From the NCBI RefSeq assembly GCF_004010195.1, contig NC_057718.1:104498828-104562827 (forward strand): 64,000 nucleotides of DNA, given 5' to 3'. This document shows, one piece after another, positions 1 through 14,400 of the stretch. Made by a program: the position numbers and the translations under genes. The notes under the pieces were generated by a model. The model did no database searches. It had not been told where the DNA came from and worked only from the letters and a program-made list of their open reading frames with translations. Numbering within the stretch: position 1 is the first letter of the stretch; every line of letters starts with the position of its first letter. The stretch comes from Chiloscyllium plagiosum (taxonomy: Eukaryota).

Positions 1-140
1 GGTGATTTTTAAATTTAAAGAGAAGAATTGCAGTTGTACAGCACATGCCACAACTGAGACTGTTTCTCTCCCAATTCAGTACTTCTAACAAGTAGTCACC
101 ATTAAAAATCAGGAAATGTGCCTATCCCTTTATCCCTAAT

Positions 141-433
141 GGGCGGCACGGTGGCTAGCACTGCTGCCTCACAGCGCCCGAGACCCGGGTTCAGTTCCCG
201 CCTCAGGCGACTGACTGTGTGGAGTTTGCACATTCTCCCCGTGTCTGCGTGGGTTTCCTCCGGGTGCTCCGGTTTCCTCCCACTGTCCAAAGATGTGCAG
301 GTAAGGTGAATTGGCCAAGCTAAATTGCCCGTAGTGTTAGGTATAGGGGTATGGATGAGTTGTGCTTCGGCGGGTCAGTGTGGACTTGTTGGGCCGAAGG
401 GCCTGTTTCCACACTGTAATGTAATCTAATCTA
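141..433 (+). mobile_element. tRNA-derived SINE, HE1-like
   Basis: GGGCGGCACGGTGGC head, GGTTCAGTTCCC B-box-like motif, (TAATC)n tail; 8-nt deletion in the head relative to the copy at 37969. Confidence 0.9.
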
Positions 434-2329
434 AACAATCCATTGCAGTTGGTGAGAGCTTGCTGTGTACAATGACTGGATAATTTGGTCTTCGTTGCTG
501 TTTGAGGGACACTTTCTACAGGATACCCTGTTCTTCTTTAATTAACATTGGGATTGTCGTGTAGTTAATGGGTCTATTCACTAGAGGGAATCATGTTCTC
601 ACTCTGATCTTTCAATCTTTCAAACTGAGGTCACCTTTCCACCTCGTCTGTTCTGGAGAGATCAGAGCAGACATTTCCAGCCTCTTGTCCCTAGTAAGCC
701 TTTTCAGGCCTTTCCTCCTCTGTTTTGTACTATGTATAAATACGATCAAATGGCACTCAACACTCAGGATGTTAATAAAGGTGAAGCTGATGTTGCCTCG
801 ATCCTCCAGACTATTAGCAATATGCTGACCAGGGAAACAAATAAAAACAGCAATATATTCATTAAAATATCAAAGACATAAGCACCGCAAACATAAACTA
901 TGGACATGTACACACCACTAACTACACGAAGGAGAAGACAGGGTCTTTCAGGAAGTAGACTTGCTGAACTTTATTCAAAATTGACCAGATGTTCAAGAAA
1001 GGCCACCTGCAGGGTTATCAGCATAGGTCTATGTTCCACCAGAAATCTGAAGTTGCAACCAAAATTTCCTAAGATTTTGTTCAATTTCATTAAACATGGA
1101 CTTGTCTTTTATAGAATGGCCTTGTTTTGTATTTTACAGTTGGATGATGATGATTCAATTTGGAGATCTCCAGGAATTTTGTTAATTGTATCCAGGAGTT
1201 GGAGAAGGTGGCCCTGAGCCTTTCCTTCAAATGAACAATTTATCGTCCTGACTACAGATTACAAAACTGCAAGTTGCAGGTCCATGATTAAGGAGGCCGC
1301 ATTGCGGTTGACACTGGAGATTCAAATACTTAAACAGCGTGTGACAACCTTGCGCAGAAGGGTCAACGTTTGGTTACCATGATTCCCCCCTAACAATGAG
1401 ATGCCTCTTCCTGATGAGTTCTGATTGTTATTGAACACTGGATCAAGCTGCAGAATGCAGTACAGAACTAAAATTCAGTAAACACACATTTCACCTTCGT
1501 GGGTAAAACCAACTTAACGACAATCCTGTCTCAATAGAAGTAGCAACTTGAATTTCTGTGAAATAGAACATTTTAAAACTAAAAATGAACATGTAAAGTT
1601 AAACCATTTCTTAATGTTCTCAACAATGAACTTGCAATCACTTCTGATAACCCAGGCTAAACATCCCCTCCAATCATTGCTAAGCTGCCTGTCCTACTTC
1701 CTACACCCCATGTCCTTGGTATTTAGAGTTGAGCAAAAAGAAATGCTTCCTCTAAACTTCAAGGTGACCCCTTCAGCCTCTTTCTGGTGCTTGGATTTTC
1801 AGATTGTTACTCTTTAAAGTTTATGACTTCCATGATGCTTTTCTTATTTCTGATTAAATGCTTTCCATTTATTTTATGAAAATTTTTCATAATCATGAAT
1901 AAATGACCCAGCAAAATTAACTTAGTGATATTTCATAATTATTTTCCATTTTAAACTAGAAGACAATTTTTAAATTTCTGAGATCAGGCAGACCGTAATA
2001 TTTTTACTTCATATATTCTAGGGGACGTTGCTAATTGCTTTCCAGTGTTAAGATAAAGAGCAAGTTGTATCACAGATGAGACTGATACAATGGGAAGGTG
2101 TTGCAGATCAAGGGCAGAGTGTAGCAATGCATTAGCTATGGAAAACTGCAGCCAGCAACGTATGCAACTTTCACAAAGAGATCCGCTCTCAAATTGCTGT
2201 AGACAAGATTCATCTGATCAATGTTATTGTAATGTTCGATATTTGAGTCCATCAAGCCTTAAGCTGTGTTTTACATAGCATTGTAGTTTAACTTCAGCAT
2301 TTCTCCAAACTCCAATCAGGTATACGTAC

Positions 2330-2402
2330 CTTGAGCATACAGTGTGAGTACAGCTTGAATAGCAATGTAGACTCCACTAAACTGGTAGGTTTCAAACATC
2401 AC
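2330..2402 (-). CDS. ACTR2: ACTR2 coding exon ([25 protein letters not shown])
   Basis: Acceptor tcag|GTGATG, donor AAG|GTACGT, 73 nt. Confidence 0.97.
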
Positions 2403-5400
2403 CTGAAACAAACAAAGTTAGAATTTAGCCAACCCTGTCTTCATCATTTTATCCGGATTCATTTTCTAATCAATTAACAAACACACTCATGCCTAGCTCC
2501 GCTCATTCTCCCCTGAACGTTAAGAATTCCTAACCTGACTGCAACCTTTCAAGGTTGATAATTGGAAATTTACATTGGTTCTTGCTTCAAAAATGGACTG
2601 GAGAGCAGAAGCAAGCCAATCCTCTTGCTTTCCCTCTTGACCCCAGTTCTTGCTTCGGATTACTTTTCCTGTCCTACAAGATTGAGCTGTATGTCCTGAA
2701 CGCTGACCAGCATTGAAGCTTACAGGAAATGAGCCGAACAGCTTTCCTCCTGGTGATCATCCAATCAAACATAACTCAAACTATTACAAGGGAAGAGTTC
2801 AGATGTTCCAATTCAGAATGTAAGTCATTAAAAAGTAGCGCCATGGCTTAGATGGTTAAAGCGCCTGTCTAGTAAACAGGAGATCCTGGGTTCAAATCTC
2901 AGTTGTGTCTGCTTGCTGTGTCACAAGTTCGCTGTTGCATCTTCTTGCCAGTGTTGTGTTGCTGGTCAAGCAACTCACCGTTCTATTGGCAGCACGGTGG
3001 CACAGTAGTTAGCACTGCTGCCTCACAGCGCCAGAGACCCCGGGTTCAATTCCAGCCTCGGGTGACTGTCTGTGTGGAGTTTGCACATTCTCCCAGTGTC
3101 TGCGTGGGTTTCCTCCGGGTGCCCCGGATTCCTACCACAATCCAAAAATGTGCAGATTAGGTGAATTGGCCATGCTAAATTGCCCATATAGGGTTAGGTG
3201 AAGGGGTGAATATAGGGGAATGGGTCTGGGTGGGTTGTGCTTCGGCAGGTCAGTGTGGACTTGTTGGGCCAAAGGGCCTGTTTCCACACTAAGTAATCTA
3301 ATCTAATCTAATAAACAAAGTACATTCAGACCAATATTCTGAATATATTCAATTAACCTGGTCCCAACCCATCATCATGGTTTTCCTGTCAAGTGATCAG
3401 AGCCAGAAAGCAATTGTGTCCCCGGGTCATGGCTGTAATAGGTGAGATGCAGAGTTTGCGGAGGTTGGTATGTTGGGTCTTGCAGTTTTCCATGTTTTCA
3501 TTTGAAAAATAGACCAACTGACAAGTCTAACACATGACAGGACTTTTTCTCACTTGTTAAAAAAGTGAATAATGTTGGCTTTCTGCATTCTTCAGTGGAT
3601 GCAATGGTTCTTAGTGAAGTACACTCTGTGCTCTGGGACTAAGTGCCAGCAATGGGTAACCATTACAACGAGCAACTGCTCGGAAAGCTTCTTTCTGCCA
3701 TCTTTGCTGGATCTGACCTCCATGGGACTTGAGCAATGCAGTTGACTCAGTTACCCTCTGAAAGACACTCAGTTCAAGAGCAGTTATCTGCCTCAGGTAT
3801 ATCCATCCCACAAACAATATATTAAAAAATTACATGAGGGCTGAAATGTTTCTATTACACATCCAACTCTTTACTCAGTCCTGACATGCAGGAGAGAACA
3901 CAGATCTTGGAACAGGGCATGCTGAATGCCCACACATTCTCAGAATGTAACTTCACCTCAATAGGAACAGAATTAACAACCCTTCAGGATTGGGCAGGAG
4001 TCTCTGGGAGTGGGAGGTCTCTAAGGTCTATAAGCAACACCACGGTAGGGGGAAAAATAACTAGAATCTTTAAAAGTGACTTTTTCTTTGAAGACTCAAT
4101 TGATCAGCTGCAAATATTCCAAACCCTGGGGCAAGGGTTGCTCCACTAACGGTGGAAATTAATCCAATGGATTATTTCCAATGGTTGTGCGATAGATCAG
4201 TGGAGGAAATGTCGGGGTGGGGGTGGCTGGAAACAGGTCAAGTGAATGCCATGAACCAGAATTAGCAACCGTTTGTCATGTCCAGCAAAGAGACAAAAGT
4301 GAATTCTGCTGTTACTGAAAGCTTGTGTTACATTGCACAGAATACACAACTGGAACACTGGGCCCATTCCAGTTATTGGTGGTGTCATAGAGATGTACAG
4401 CACAGAAACAGACCCTTTACTCCAACTCATCCAGGCTGACCAGATATCCTAAATTAATCTAGTCCCATTTGCCAGCACTTGGCCAATATCCCTCAACCGT
4501 TCCTATTCATATACCTACCAGATGCCTTTTAAATCTTCTAAATGCACCAGCCTTCATCACTTCCTCTGGCAGCACACACCACCCTTTGCATGAAGTTGCC
4601 CCTTAGGTCCCTTTTAAGTCTTTCCCCAGTCAGCCTAAGCCTATGCCCTCTAGTTTTGGACTCCCCTACGCCAGGGAATAGACCTTGTTCACTTACCCTA
4701 ACCATGGCCCTCATGATTTTCTAAGCCCTCAACCTGTGACGTTGCAGGAAAAATACCCCAACCCATTCAGCTTCTCCCCACAGTTCAAACCCTCTAAACC
4801 TGACAACATCCTTATAGATTTTTTTTTCTGCATCTTCCAAGATTCACAACATCATTGCTATAGCACAGAGACCAGAAACGAGTGCAGTATTTCAGAAGTG
4901 ACCTGACCAATGTCCTATATTGCACAACATGACCTCCCAACTCCAATAGTTAATGCAGTGGCCAATAAAGGGAAGCATTTGAAATATGATGGTACTTGGA
5001 AAATGTCCAGAGTTAAGCGACCACATTTAAGTGATTCACTCATTGTGCAGCATGTTACATAGCAAATCACACAAAAATATAATGATTAGTGCAATAATTG
5101 ACAGATGAGAATGCGTCTCAGGCATAAGCAGGCATGGAAAAAGTTCAAAGTTTTATGAAACAAGATGTTCAGCTGAGCATGACTCAGATCAGTTAAGAAC
5201 TTACAGTTAACAATAGGATGCGGGAGGCAAGGGCAATCGGTTAACAAGGTGGAAAAGCAGTCATTATGTAGAGCCATTTAACAATATTGGAAGCATTCAG
5301 GATGTAAGGTCAGCAATCAAGAGGCAAAGTATCCATTGTATGAATCCAGTCAATAAGGTTAAGAACATTCATTGTATAACAGTAAAGGGCTTGGTCACTG

Positions 5401-8400
5401 CTATTGATACTCGTTGATACTAATGGTCACCCAATTAACATATTGGTTGTCTTATCTGGATGCACCATCCTGTAAAATAACCATTTAGTTTATTGAGAAA
5501 CTCCTGTTCCAGAGAAGACCATGAACTCATGTCTCTGCGCACATGGACAATCGTTCTCTCTCCCTCCAGGGCCTGGAATAAAGGTGGAGGTAAAACTATA
5601 CCGTCACTATAACATTTTGTTTTGACTTGGCGGGGGGAGGGGGGGGGGGGGGTGAGAAGGGGGAGAGAAGACAGAGAAAGAACGGGACAAAGGTACTATG
5701 ACTGGAATGAGCAGGAAATTAATCTCCGGACCAAGCAGAAACTGCACAGGACTATTACCATCATTCATAAATGTTACTGCCAGTCACATCTGACAGCCTG
5801 ACATGGTCGCCTATCAACACTGAAGGTTTATCAAAGGATCAAAAACTATTTATCAATGAGAGCACCCCAAGGTGGCCAAACCACAGGTAAACAGACCCAG
5901 CTGATACAGGGGTGCAAGGACTAGAGATTGCCAACTGACAGGAATAACCTATTACTATCACCGAAGAGCCTAGCAATAAGCTCCAATAGAGAGAAGGGAG
6001 ATGGGGTTGGCAGAAGACAAGAAAGTGCTCAAGCGAAGCCTGAAGTAGTCACGTATCACCATCAACAGCAGGAAGCAGCTTGGAGTTGAATGCATGAGCT
6101 GGTTGGCAATAATAGATTGGAGTGGCAGGCAGTACAAGTCCCCCGTGCGTGGATCTCCTGAAGCAATGACAAAAATAGCAACATGAACAGCAGCACTCCA
6201 TTCAGACAATGCACTCCTACAATTCTGATCTTTTGCTTAAGCCAATTCTACCACTGATAGCCATGCCTTCAGTTGCCTGGAACTGAAATGCTGACAATCC
6301 CTCCCAAGACTTCACTACCTTTTTTTAATACACTTAGAGTCAGATGTACAGCATGGAAACAGACCCTTCGATCCAACCCGTCCATGCTGATGACATATCC
6401 CAACCCAATCTAGTCCCATTTTCCAGCACCCAGCCGGTATCTTTCCACACCCTTCCTATTCATATACCCATCCAACTGCCTCTTAAATGTTGTAATTGTA
6501 CCAGTCTCCACTACTTCCTCATTCCTCACACGTACCACCCCGTGTGAACAAGGTGCCCTTTAGGTCCCTTTTAAATCTTTCCCCCCTCACCCTAAACCTG
6601 TGCCCTCTAGTACTGGACTCCCTCACCAGAGGAAAAAGGCCTTGTCTATATACACTATCCATGCACCTATTATTTTATAAATCTCTAAGGTCACCCCTCA
6701 ACCTCCAGGGAAAACATCCTTGTACATCTTTTCTGAACCCTTTCAAGTTTCACAACATCCTTCCAATAAGACGACTAGAATTGCACGCAGCATTCCAACA
6801 GTGGCCTAACCACTGCAACATGACCTCCCAACTCCTGCACTCAATATTCTGACCAATAAAGGAAAGCATACCAAACGCCTTCTTCACTATCCTATCTACC
6901 TGCGACTCCACTTCCAAGGAAGTATGAACTTGCACTCCAAGGTCTCTTTGTTCAGCAACACTCCCTAGGACCTTACCATTAAGTGTACAAGTCCTGCTAA
7001 GATTTGCTTTCCCAAAATGTAGAACTTTGCATTTATTTAAATTAAACTCCATCTGCCACTCCTCAGCCCACTGGCACATCTGATCAAGATCCTGTTGTAA
7101 TCTGAGGTAACCCTCTTCGCTGTCCACTACACCTCCAATTTTGGTGTCAACTGCAAACTTACTAACTGTACCTCTTATGCTCACATCCAAATCATTTATG
7201 TAAATGACAAAAAGTAGAGGGCCCAGCACCGATCCTTGTGGCACTCCACTGGTCACAGGCCTCCAGTCTGAAAAATAACCCTCCACCACCACCCTCTGTC
7301 TTCTACCTTTGAGCCAGTTCTGTATTCAAATGGCTAGTTCTCTGTATTCCATGAGATCTAACCTTGCTAATCAGTCTCCCATGGAACCTTGTCGAATGCC
7401 TTACTGAAGTCCACATAGGTCATGTCCACCACTTTGCCCTCATCAATCCTCTTTATTACTTCTTCAAAAAATCTCAAACAAGTTTGAGACACATTATTTC
7501 CCACACACAAAGCCATATTGACGATCCCTAATCAATCCTTGCCTTTCCAAATACATGTACATCTTATCACTCAGGATTCCCTTCAACAACTTGCCCACCA
7601 CCGCGTCAGGCTCACCGTTCTATAGTTACCTGGCTTGTCCTTACCACCTTTCTTAAACAGTGGCACCACATTAGCCAACCTCCAGTCTTCCAGCACTTCA
7701 CCTGTAACTATCGATGATACAAATATCTCAGCAAGAGGCCCAGCAATCACTTCTCTAGCTTCCCGGAGTTCTGGGGTACACCTGATCAGGGGATTTATCC
7801 ACTTTTATGCATTTCAAGACATCCAGTACTTCCTCCTCTGTAATATGGACATTTTTCAAGATATCACCATCTATTGCCCTAGATTCTATACCTTTCATTA
7901 CCTTTTCCACAGTAAATACAGATGCAAAATACTCATTTAGTATTGCCCCCATTTTCTGCAGCTCCACACAAAGGCTGCCTTGCTGATCTTTGAGGTGCCC
8001 TATTCTCTCCCTAGTTACCTTTATGTCCTTTATGTATTTGTAAAAACCCTTTGGATTCTCCTTAATTCTATTTGCCAAAGCTATCTCATGTCCCCTTTTT
8101 GCCCTCCTGATTTCCCTCTTAAATATACTTCTACTTCCTTTATACTCTAAGAATTCACTCGCTCTATCCTGTCTATGCTTGATAGATACTTCCTTTTTCT
8201 TAAGCAAACCCTCAATTTTTTTAGTCATCCAGCATTCCCTCTACCTACCAGCCTTTCCTTTCAACCTAACAGGAATGTACTTTCTCTGGATTCTCGTTAT
8301 CTCATTTCTGAAGGTTTCCACTTTCCAGCCGTCCCTTTACCTGCAAACATCTGCCCCCATTCAGCTTTTGAAAGTTCTTGCCTAATACTGTCAAAATTGG

Positions 8401-11400
8401 CCTTTCCCCAATTTAGAACTTCAACTTTTAGATCTGGTCTATCCTTTTCCATCACTATTTTAAAATGAATAGAATTATGGTCGCTGGCCCCAAAGTGCTC
8501 CCCCACTGACACCTCAGTCACCAGCCCTGCCTCATTTCCCAAGAGTAGGTCAAGCTTTGCACCTTCTCTAGTAGGTACATCCACATAGTGAATCAGAAAA
8601 TTGTCTCATACACACTCAACAAATTCCTCTCCATCTAAACCCTTAACACTATGGCAGTCCCAGTCTGTGTTTGGAAAGTTAAAATCCCCTACCATAACCA
8701 CCTTATTATTCTTACAGATAAATCTGTTGTTTTCAGGGTTGTGCCAGGAATATCTGGGGATAATTCAAGAGGCAACACAGATTTATCCCGAGGAAGAAAC
8801 AACATACTATGGTGAGACTAAGGCTGACAAGGAAACTTGGGGACAACCAAAAAGCCAAACTTTAGCATGCAGGTATAGCGAGTAATTGAGAAAGCTGATA
8901 GAACATGATCATTTTCCATAAGAAGAAGTTAATACAAACAAATAGAGGTTATGTTTCAGTTACACAGGACATTAGTGAAACCAGATCTGGAGTACTGCAC
9001 ACAGTACTGGCCATCTCAAGTAAAGATACATTGGAAGCAACTGAGATGAGGTTTGGTAAACTGCTATCTGGAGGTATCCCCATAACCCTTGATCCCCTTA
9101 CTAATCATGAACCCGTCTGTTTTAAATATATTCAATGACTTGACCTCCAGAGCAAGGAGCCCCACAAGGAGATTGAACAGTTTATCAGTTTCACTAACAG
9201 CTTCCACTCTGACCTCAAGGTTCATCTGGACCATCTTTGGCATCTCTCTCCCCTTCCTGGACCTCATCAGCAACCGACTCAATGTGGACGTTGACTTCAA
9301 ACCCACCAACTCCCACAACAACCTGAACTACACCTCCACCCACCTCTCTCCTCTCTTCCCCCCCCCACCTTGAAAACGCAATTCCTTATTCCCAATTCCT
9401 CCACCACATTTACGCCCAGCAGGAGCAATTCCATCAGTGAACTTCCCTGGTGGCCTCCTTCAAAGACCACAATTTCCCTTCCCACATGATCAATACATGT
9501 CCTCCAATACATTATCTTCACTTCCTGCACGTCCACCCTTGAACCCCACCCCTCCAATTGCAACAAGGACAGAACCCTACCCTGATCCTCACCTTCCACT
9601 CCATCAACCTCCAGATACATCACATCATCCACCACCATTTCTGCCACCTACAAACAGACCACACTACCAGGGATATATTTCCCTCTCCACTCCTATCTGC
9701 ATTCTCCCTATGTGACTCCCTTGTTAGGTCCACTTCCTCCATCCCTGGCACCTTCCCTTGCCACTGCATGTAGTGTAAAAGCTGTGGATTGCTATTTTAT
9801 CAAAGTGGAAGTTCTTATCCCATAGTCAAGTCATCACTACTTTTCTTTAGCATGAAAGCTCTTCTTGATGCACAAGTTAAACATTGATAAAACAATTGCA
9901 ATCATTTGGCCAAATACAGAGACTAGACTAAATGCTCAGTATCACTTTGCTCAATACTCATGCAAATTGCAAACACTGACAGGATCTGAACCTACTTTAA
10001 TGTGCTGCTACAGACTGAGGCATTTACAAGGCGGGCATCTGGACTGAAGAGAGATGCTGATTTTATTTTGGGGTGGGAGCGAACAGAGGCAGAAAATTAT
10101 CCCAAGAGTTTAAAATCGATTCCCCCATTGATAAATGAAGGGCTTTTGCCCAAAACGTCGACACTCCTGCTCTTCAGATGTTGCCTGACCTGCTGTGCTT
10201 TTCCAACACCACACTCTTGGACTCTAATCTCCAGCATCTGCAGTCCTCACTTTCACCTCATACCATTCACTCCCAAGTTGAATACACTTCTCAAGTGTAC
10301 TGACAAACTTTCCATTCAAGTAATCTTTGGAAAAGGATTTCCATTGCAGCATCTGTAACTGTTTCCATCAAAAATGCTCTTTCCTGCAGCTTTCAGAGTC
10401 GAGGAGTAGGTATCAATGTCCACAGTTTGAAGAGTCTGACGGGGCTTCTGAGCTAGCAAGCAGCTCAAGGAGACTCTATGCTAACCTGAGGACTGTGACA
10501 ATTCAACACATACCAGGCGTGGCTCTGTCATGATAAGCACACCTATTGAAACCCCTCATTAGCTCGAACCAACCGAACAGGGAAAGTCTTGTATTGGATT
10601 CTGGTCCAGGTGGCATTGCTGCTTTGCAGCTGCCAGGCCTATTTGGGATGAGGTCCCACAGTCTGGGAATACCGACGTGACAGTTTTGTAGTAACAAAAA
10701 CATTAAATATAAAACAGAAGAGAATTAGTCATATGAAATGAGGAGATTACATGGGAAAAACACCAAAGATGCAATACTCAATACATAATACAGTGCTCTA
10801 AAGATTAAGGCATGGAACATGTAAAACGTGGACAGACTACAAAGTAAACATAAACCAAATTTCAAAGCATTGTAACTTACTTGAGCTTTGACAAATAAAG
10901 TTTGCCATGACATGACCAACAGCATTCCCAAAAGTGATGGCACCCAGCAGAATAAAATTGTTGTTACACTCCAGATTTGCTCAGATGATGGGCAGGCTCC
11001 TGAATCAATTGTCTACACAGAAACTGTCACATAATTCTCCACATCAACACATGCTCAATTGGCATTTACAGAAACTCAGAAGAGGTCAACGAGTAGAGAA
11101 TGCACTAACCAATAACCTGAATCTGCAAAGAAATCCAGATTCTTTACACAAACAAACAATTAGTCAATTGGCAGTAAATGAGCATTTCCACTGGACACAG
11201 TTCTAAAATTCTTTCAATTCAGATTCCCAAATTCAAGTGGCATGCACTGTGGGTTTTCCAGCTTAGCCACTTTTTCCACTACCCCACAGCATTGTCCTAA
11301 ATTCTGAACATTTTCCTTTTCAAACATCAGCACACAGTCAGAGCTTGGGATAAGGTTAGCCTATCTCAATGGAGCTAAACATTTGATTCCAATGGTTTAA

Positions 11401-14400
11401 ACATTAAAATTATTTTGTGCAATGACTGCAAACCCAGCTACAAAACCTGACCATCCAGTGCACCTCAAAGGGATGGTAATTGGCTGATCTAGAAAAGAAT
11501 TAAATTAGTTACATTGAGCCAGGAGTTCCCAAATTAGACAAGACCATGATTGATTGAAGAGCCACAAGAGGCGCAGAAGGAGAAGAACAGCCTCTCAACT
11601 CAGTCAACAGTCTTTCCATCTTCCTGAAGTCAGTCCCCAAAATATAAAAACAGTTTTCTCAATAAACATTCTTACCTCAATTATCTTTTCCCTATTCTTT
11701 GTGGGGTTCATTGGTGGTTCAGTTAGAAGAATCTTGCAATTCTTGGAATCGACATCTAACTTCTCTGGGCCAAAAGTGTAATCCCACAGATGTTTCATGT
11801 CGTCCCAGTTTCGAACAATGCCGTTTTCCATAGGATAGTTAACCTCTAACATAGAACGTAATTCACTGGCTTCATCACCCACCATCAGATCCTGCAAAGG
11901 GAAAAATTCAAAAGAAAGTGAAACAGCTGAATGAGGCCCGGATCAACATTGGTCAACAGTGGCAGGCGTACACAGTCCAACCTCAAAAAAATTACTCAAA
12001 TTTCAAAACAAGGAAAACAACCGGGATATTCTGAAAACAGGAATTAGTGTAAAACTCTGCACTGGGCAAGTTATTGGTTGAATTAATTTGTTTAGACAAG
12101 TGTTTATGACCATAATTTTCTCTCTTAAAACTAGAAACCAAGAAACTTCTACAAACTTTGGAGGTGATGCAGGATTAATTTGCAAGGGCAGAGGCTTGGA
12201 GAGTTTCGCTCAGGACAAGGTGAGTAGCGACTATTCAAAAAGAGAGGGGTGCATAAGGGAGATCTATCTGAAGGACATGCACAGGAGAAAGTTGAGCCAT
12301 GGGTAGGAAGTGATAGAAGATAATGACACAACACGACTCTGGGTCATGATACAGATCATGGGAGATGATGATAGGGTGTCAGAGTATATGATGGAAATGG
12401 GCAAAGGGAGAACTTCAGAAAATTAATCAGTTATGAGGGCCACCAATGAATAAACCACCATAGAAATTGTGCAACAAATCAAAATATCTCCAAAAGTATT
12501 GATCAAAAGGCACACTGGGTCAAAATGTTCTTGTGGGATACCAGAGTTCTGTTCATACCAAGTTAAGAGTTATGAAGCCCTTTTAAATTAAAAATTTTAT
12601 TTTAACAAACAGCTTATATTCTGAGTTATATCCATTTATGTTTATCTTCAAACTGAAAAGCAATAGAAAGAGAGAGATAGGGGAGACATTTTCATTGAAG
12701 AGGAAAAAATGCCTATGCAAGCAGACTAATAGCCAAAGCCAAGTTGATATTCTGATCATAACTATCCAGAAATTGTATGACTGTAACAAATAGGAGAATT
12801 GTCACTTCATACCCCCAAGTAAGGCTGAGAAATGTGAGAATCAGGCCAATCATCCCAGTGCCCCACTGATTAAAATGACACGTCTATACACAACTTCACT
12901 GGCTTGGGATGACTTGCACAATACTGTCGTGGAACATCTAGTTTAGAGGTTTCTGCAAGTTAGGACAAGTAATTCTGGTATCAAGTACCTTTGCGTAAGA
13001 AAAAGAATGCAGGCAGATGGCAATGGGTTGGTGTGTGTATTTGCGCACGTGCACGCACATTATGGGGTATATTTTGCATTCAAAGTATTACATTCTAAAC
13101 AATCAAGATCCTTCAGGTCTGGGTGAATGGTATGGGGTCAGGGGCTGCATGGATATTAAGAAAACAAAAGACTGATTACATGCAAGCCTATTGTTCAGCA
13201 GAGCTATCCCACAACAGATGATGTCAGACCAAAACAAGATTTTAAGCAATTTTCCTTCTTTTCAAAGAATCAATCATTTCTGGCACTTACATTCAGGTCA
13301 GACAAATATATTTGACAATCTACACAGCAGACTTATTGCACTGTCTGCCTGAATACTTACTCAAGGCAGTTTGAGAATGCCTGTATACCAAGATCTGTGT
13401 TTAAGCACAGTACAAGCAGCATAAATTACTAACTACTCATGTTTGGATAGTTCACTGGATGATGTTAAATGCCCAAATACTGACTAGTTCCAAGTAGAAA
13501 TCACTTCAATCGCCACAGAACAAGCACACAAACCTAGTCAGATTTCAACCTGGATCCTGATAAAATTGATGAACTAAAGCATTCATCAAATTTTGAAGCA
13601 ATCCATTCAGTACATGCAGTCAGTGTTAGGCAGACATACATTCAGTTTTGGAAATTGATATGAGGAGCTGTCCAATAAGCAATAGCATTAGACACCTCCC
13701 TAGTGCAAGACTTAAATCGTTCACATGTTTCAGAGACTTTGGACAAAATAAGACACACACCTGCTTGCCAGTCCACAATCTGCATTTACACAGGAATGCA
13801 TCAACTGCTTCACTCGAGCAATCAACATTCCATTGTCACTGAAGGAATGGAAAAAGTACTTGTATCTAGCAGGATAATGTTAATTTTAAGCCCCAACCAA
13901 ACAAACGCTAGTACCTATGCACAGAAAAATATGGATAAGTATAGTCCAAATACATGCTTCAAAGCAAAATAAAGGAATCGTGGCAAAATCATGCTGCAAG
14001 GTGAAACACTGAAAACCCCAATAGGTTTCTTGGAAAGTTTAAACACAGATTTTATAAAGTTGTTCAGAAGCCTGATCAAATTTAATGTTTTTACAATCAG
14101 CATGAAATTGTGGTGGGTTTAAGCATTCTTGTCACAAGACAAAGATTTGTTCTGCAGATGTTTATCAATCACCCACCATTTTCATCATAGAATCAACATG
14201 TTCCATAAGCTAATGCTTTTCTTGGGTTTCATTCTGGCCATTGGCAGAAGTACACAACCATAACTCAATTGAACGAGTCGTCCTGTTCTTCAAAATTGTT
14301 TGGATAAGGTCCTTAATCTCCATCAGATAAATGTCATGGAACTATGATAGGTTTGGAGGCACCAAGATAAATCTCCCATTTTGAGAATGTTATTACATCA

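Noticed and set aside
102..309. Short ORFs over SINEs and antisense to LINEs throughout the window
   Set aside because: They are incidental translations of repeat sequence, not genes.
10875..10950. Possible extra ACTR2 exon ending in CAA|GTAAGT on the minus strand
   Set aside because: The donor is good, but the peptide has no Arp2 similarity and the flanking exons already join correctly.
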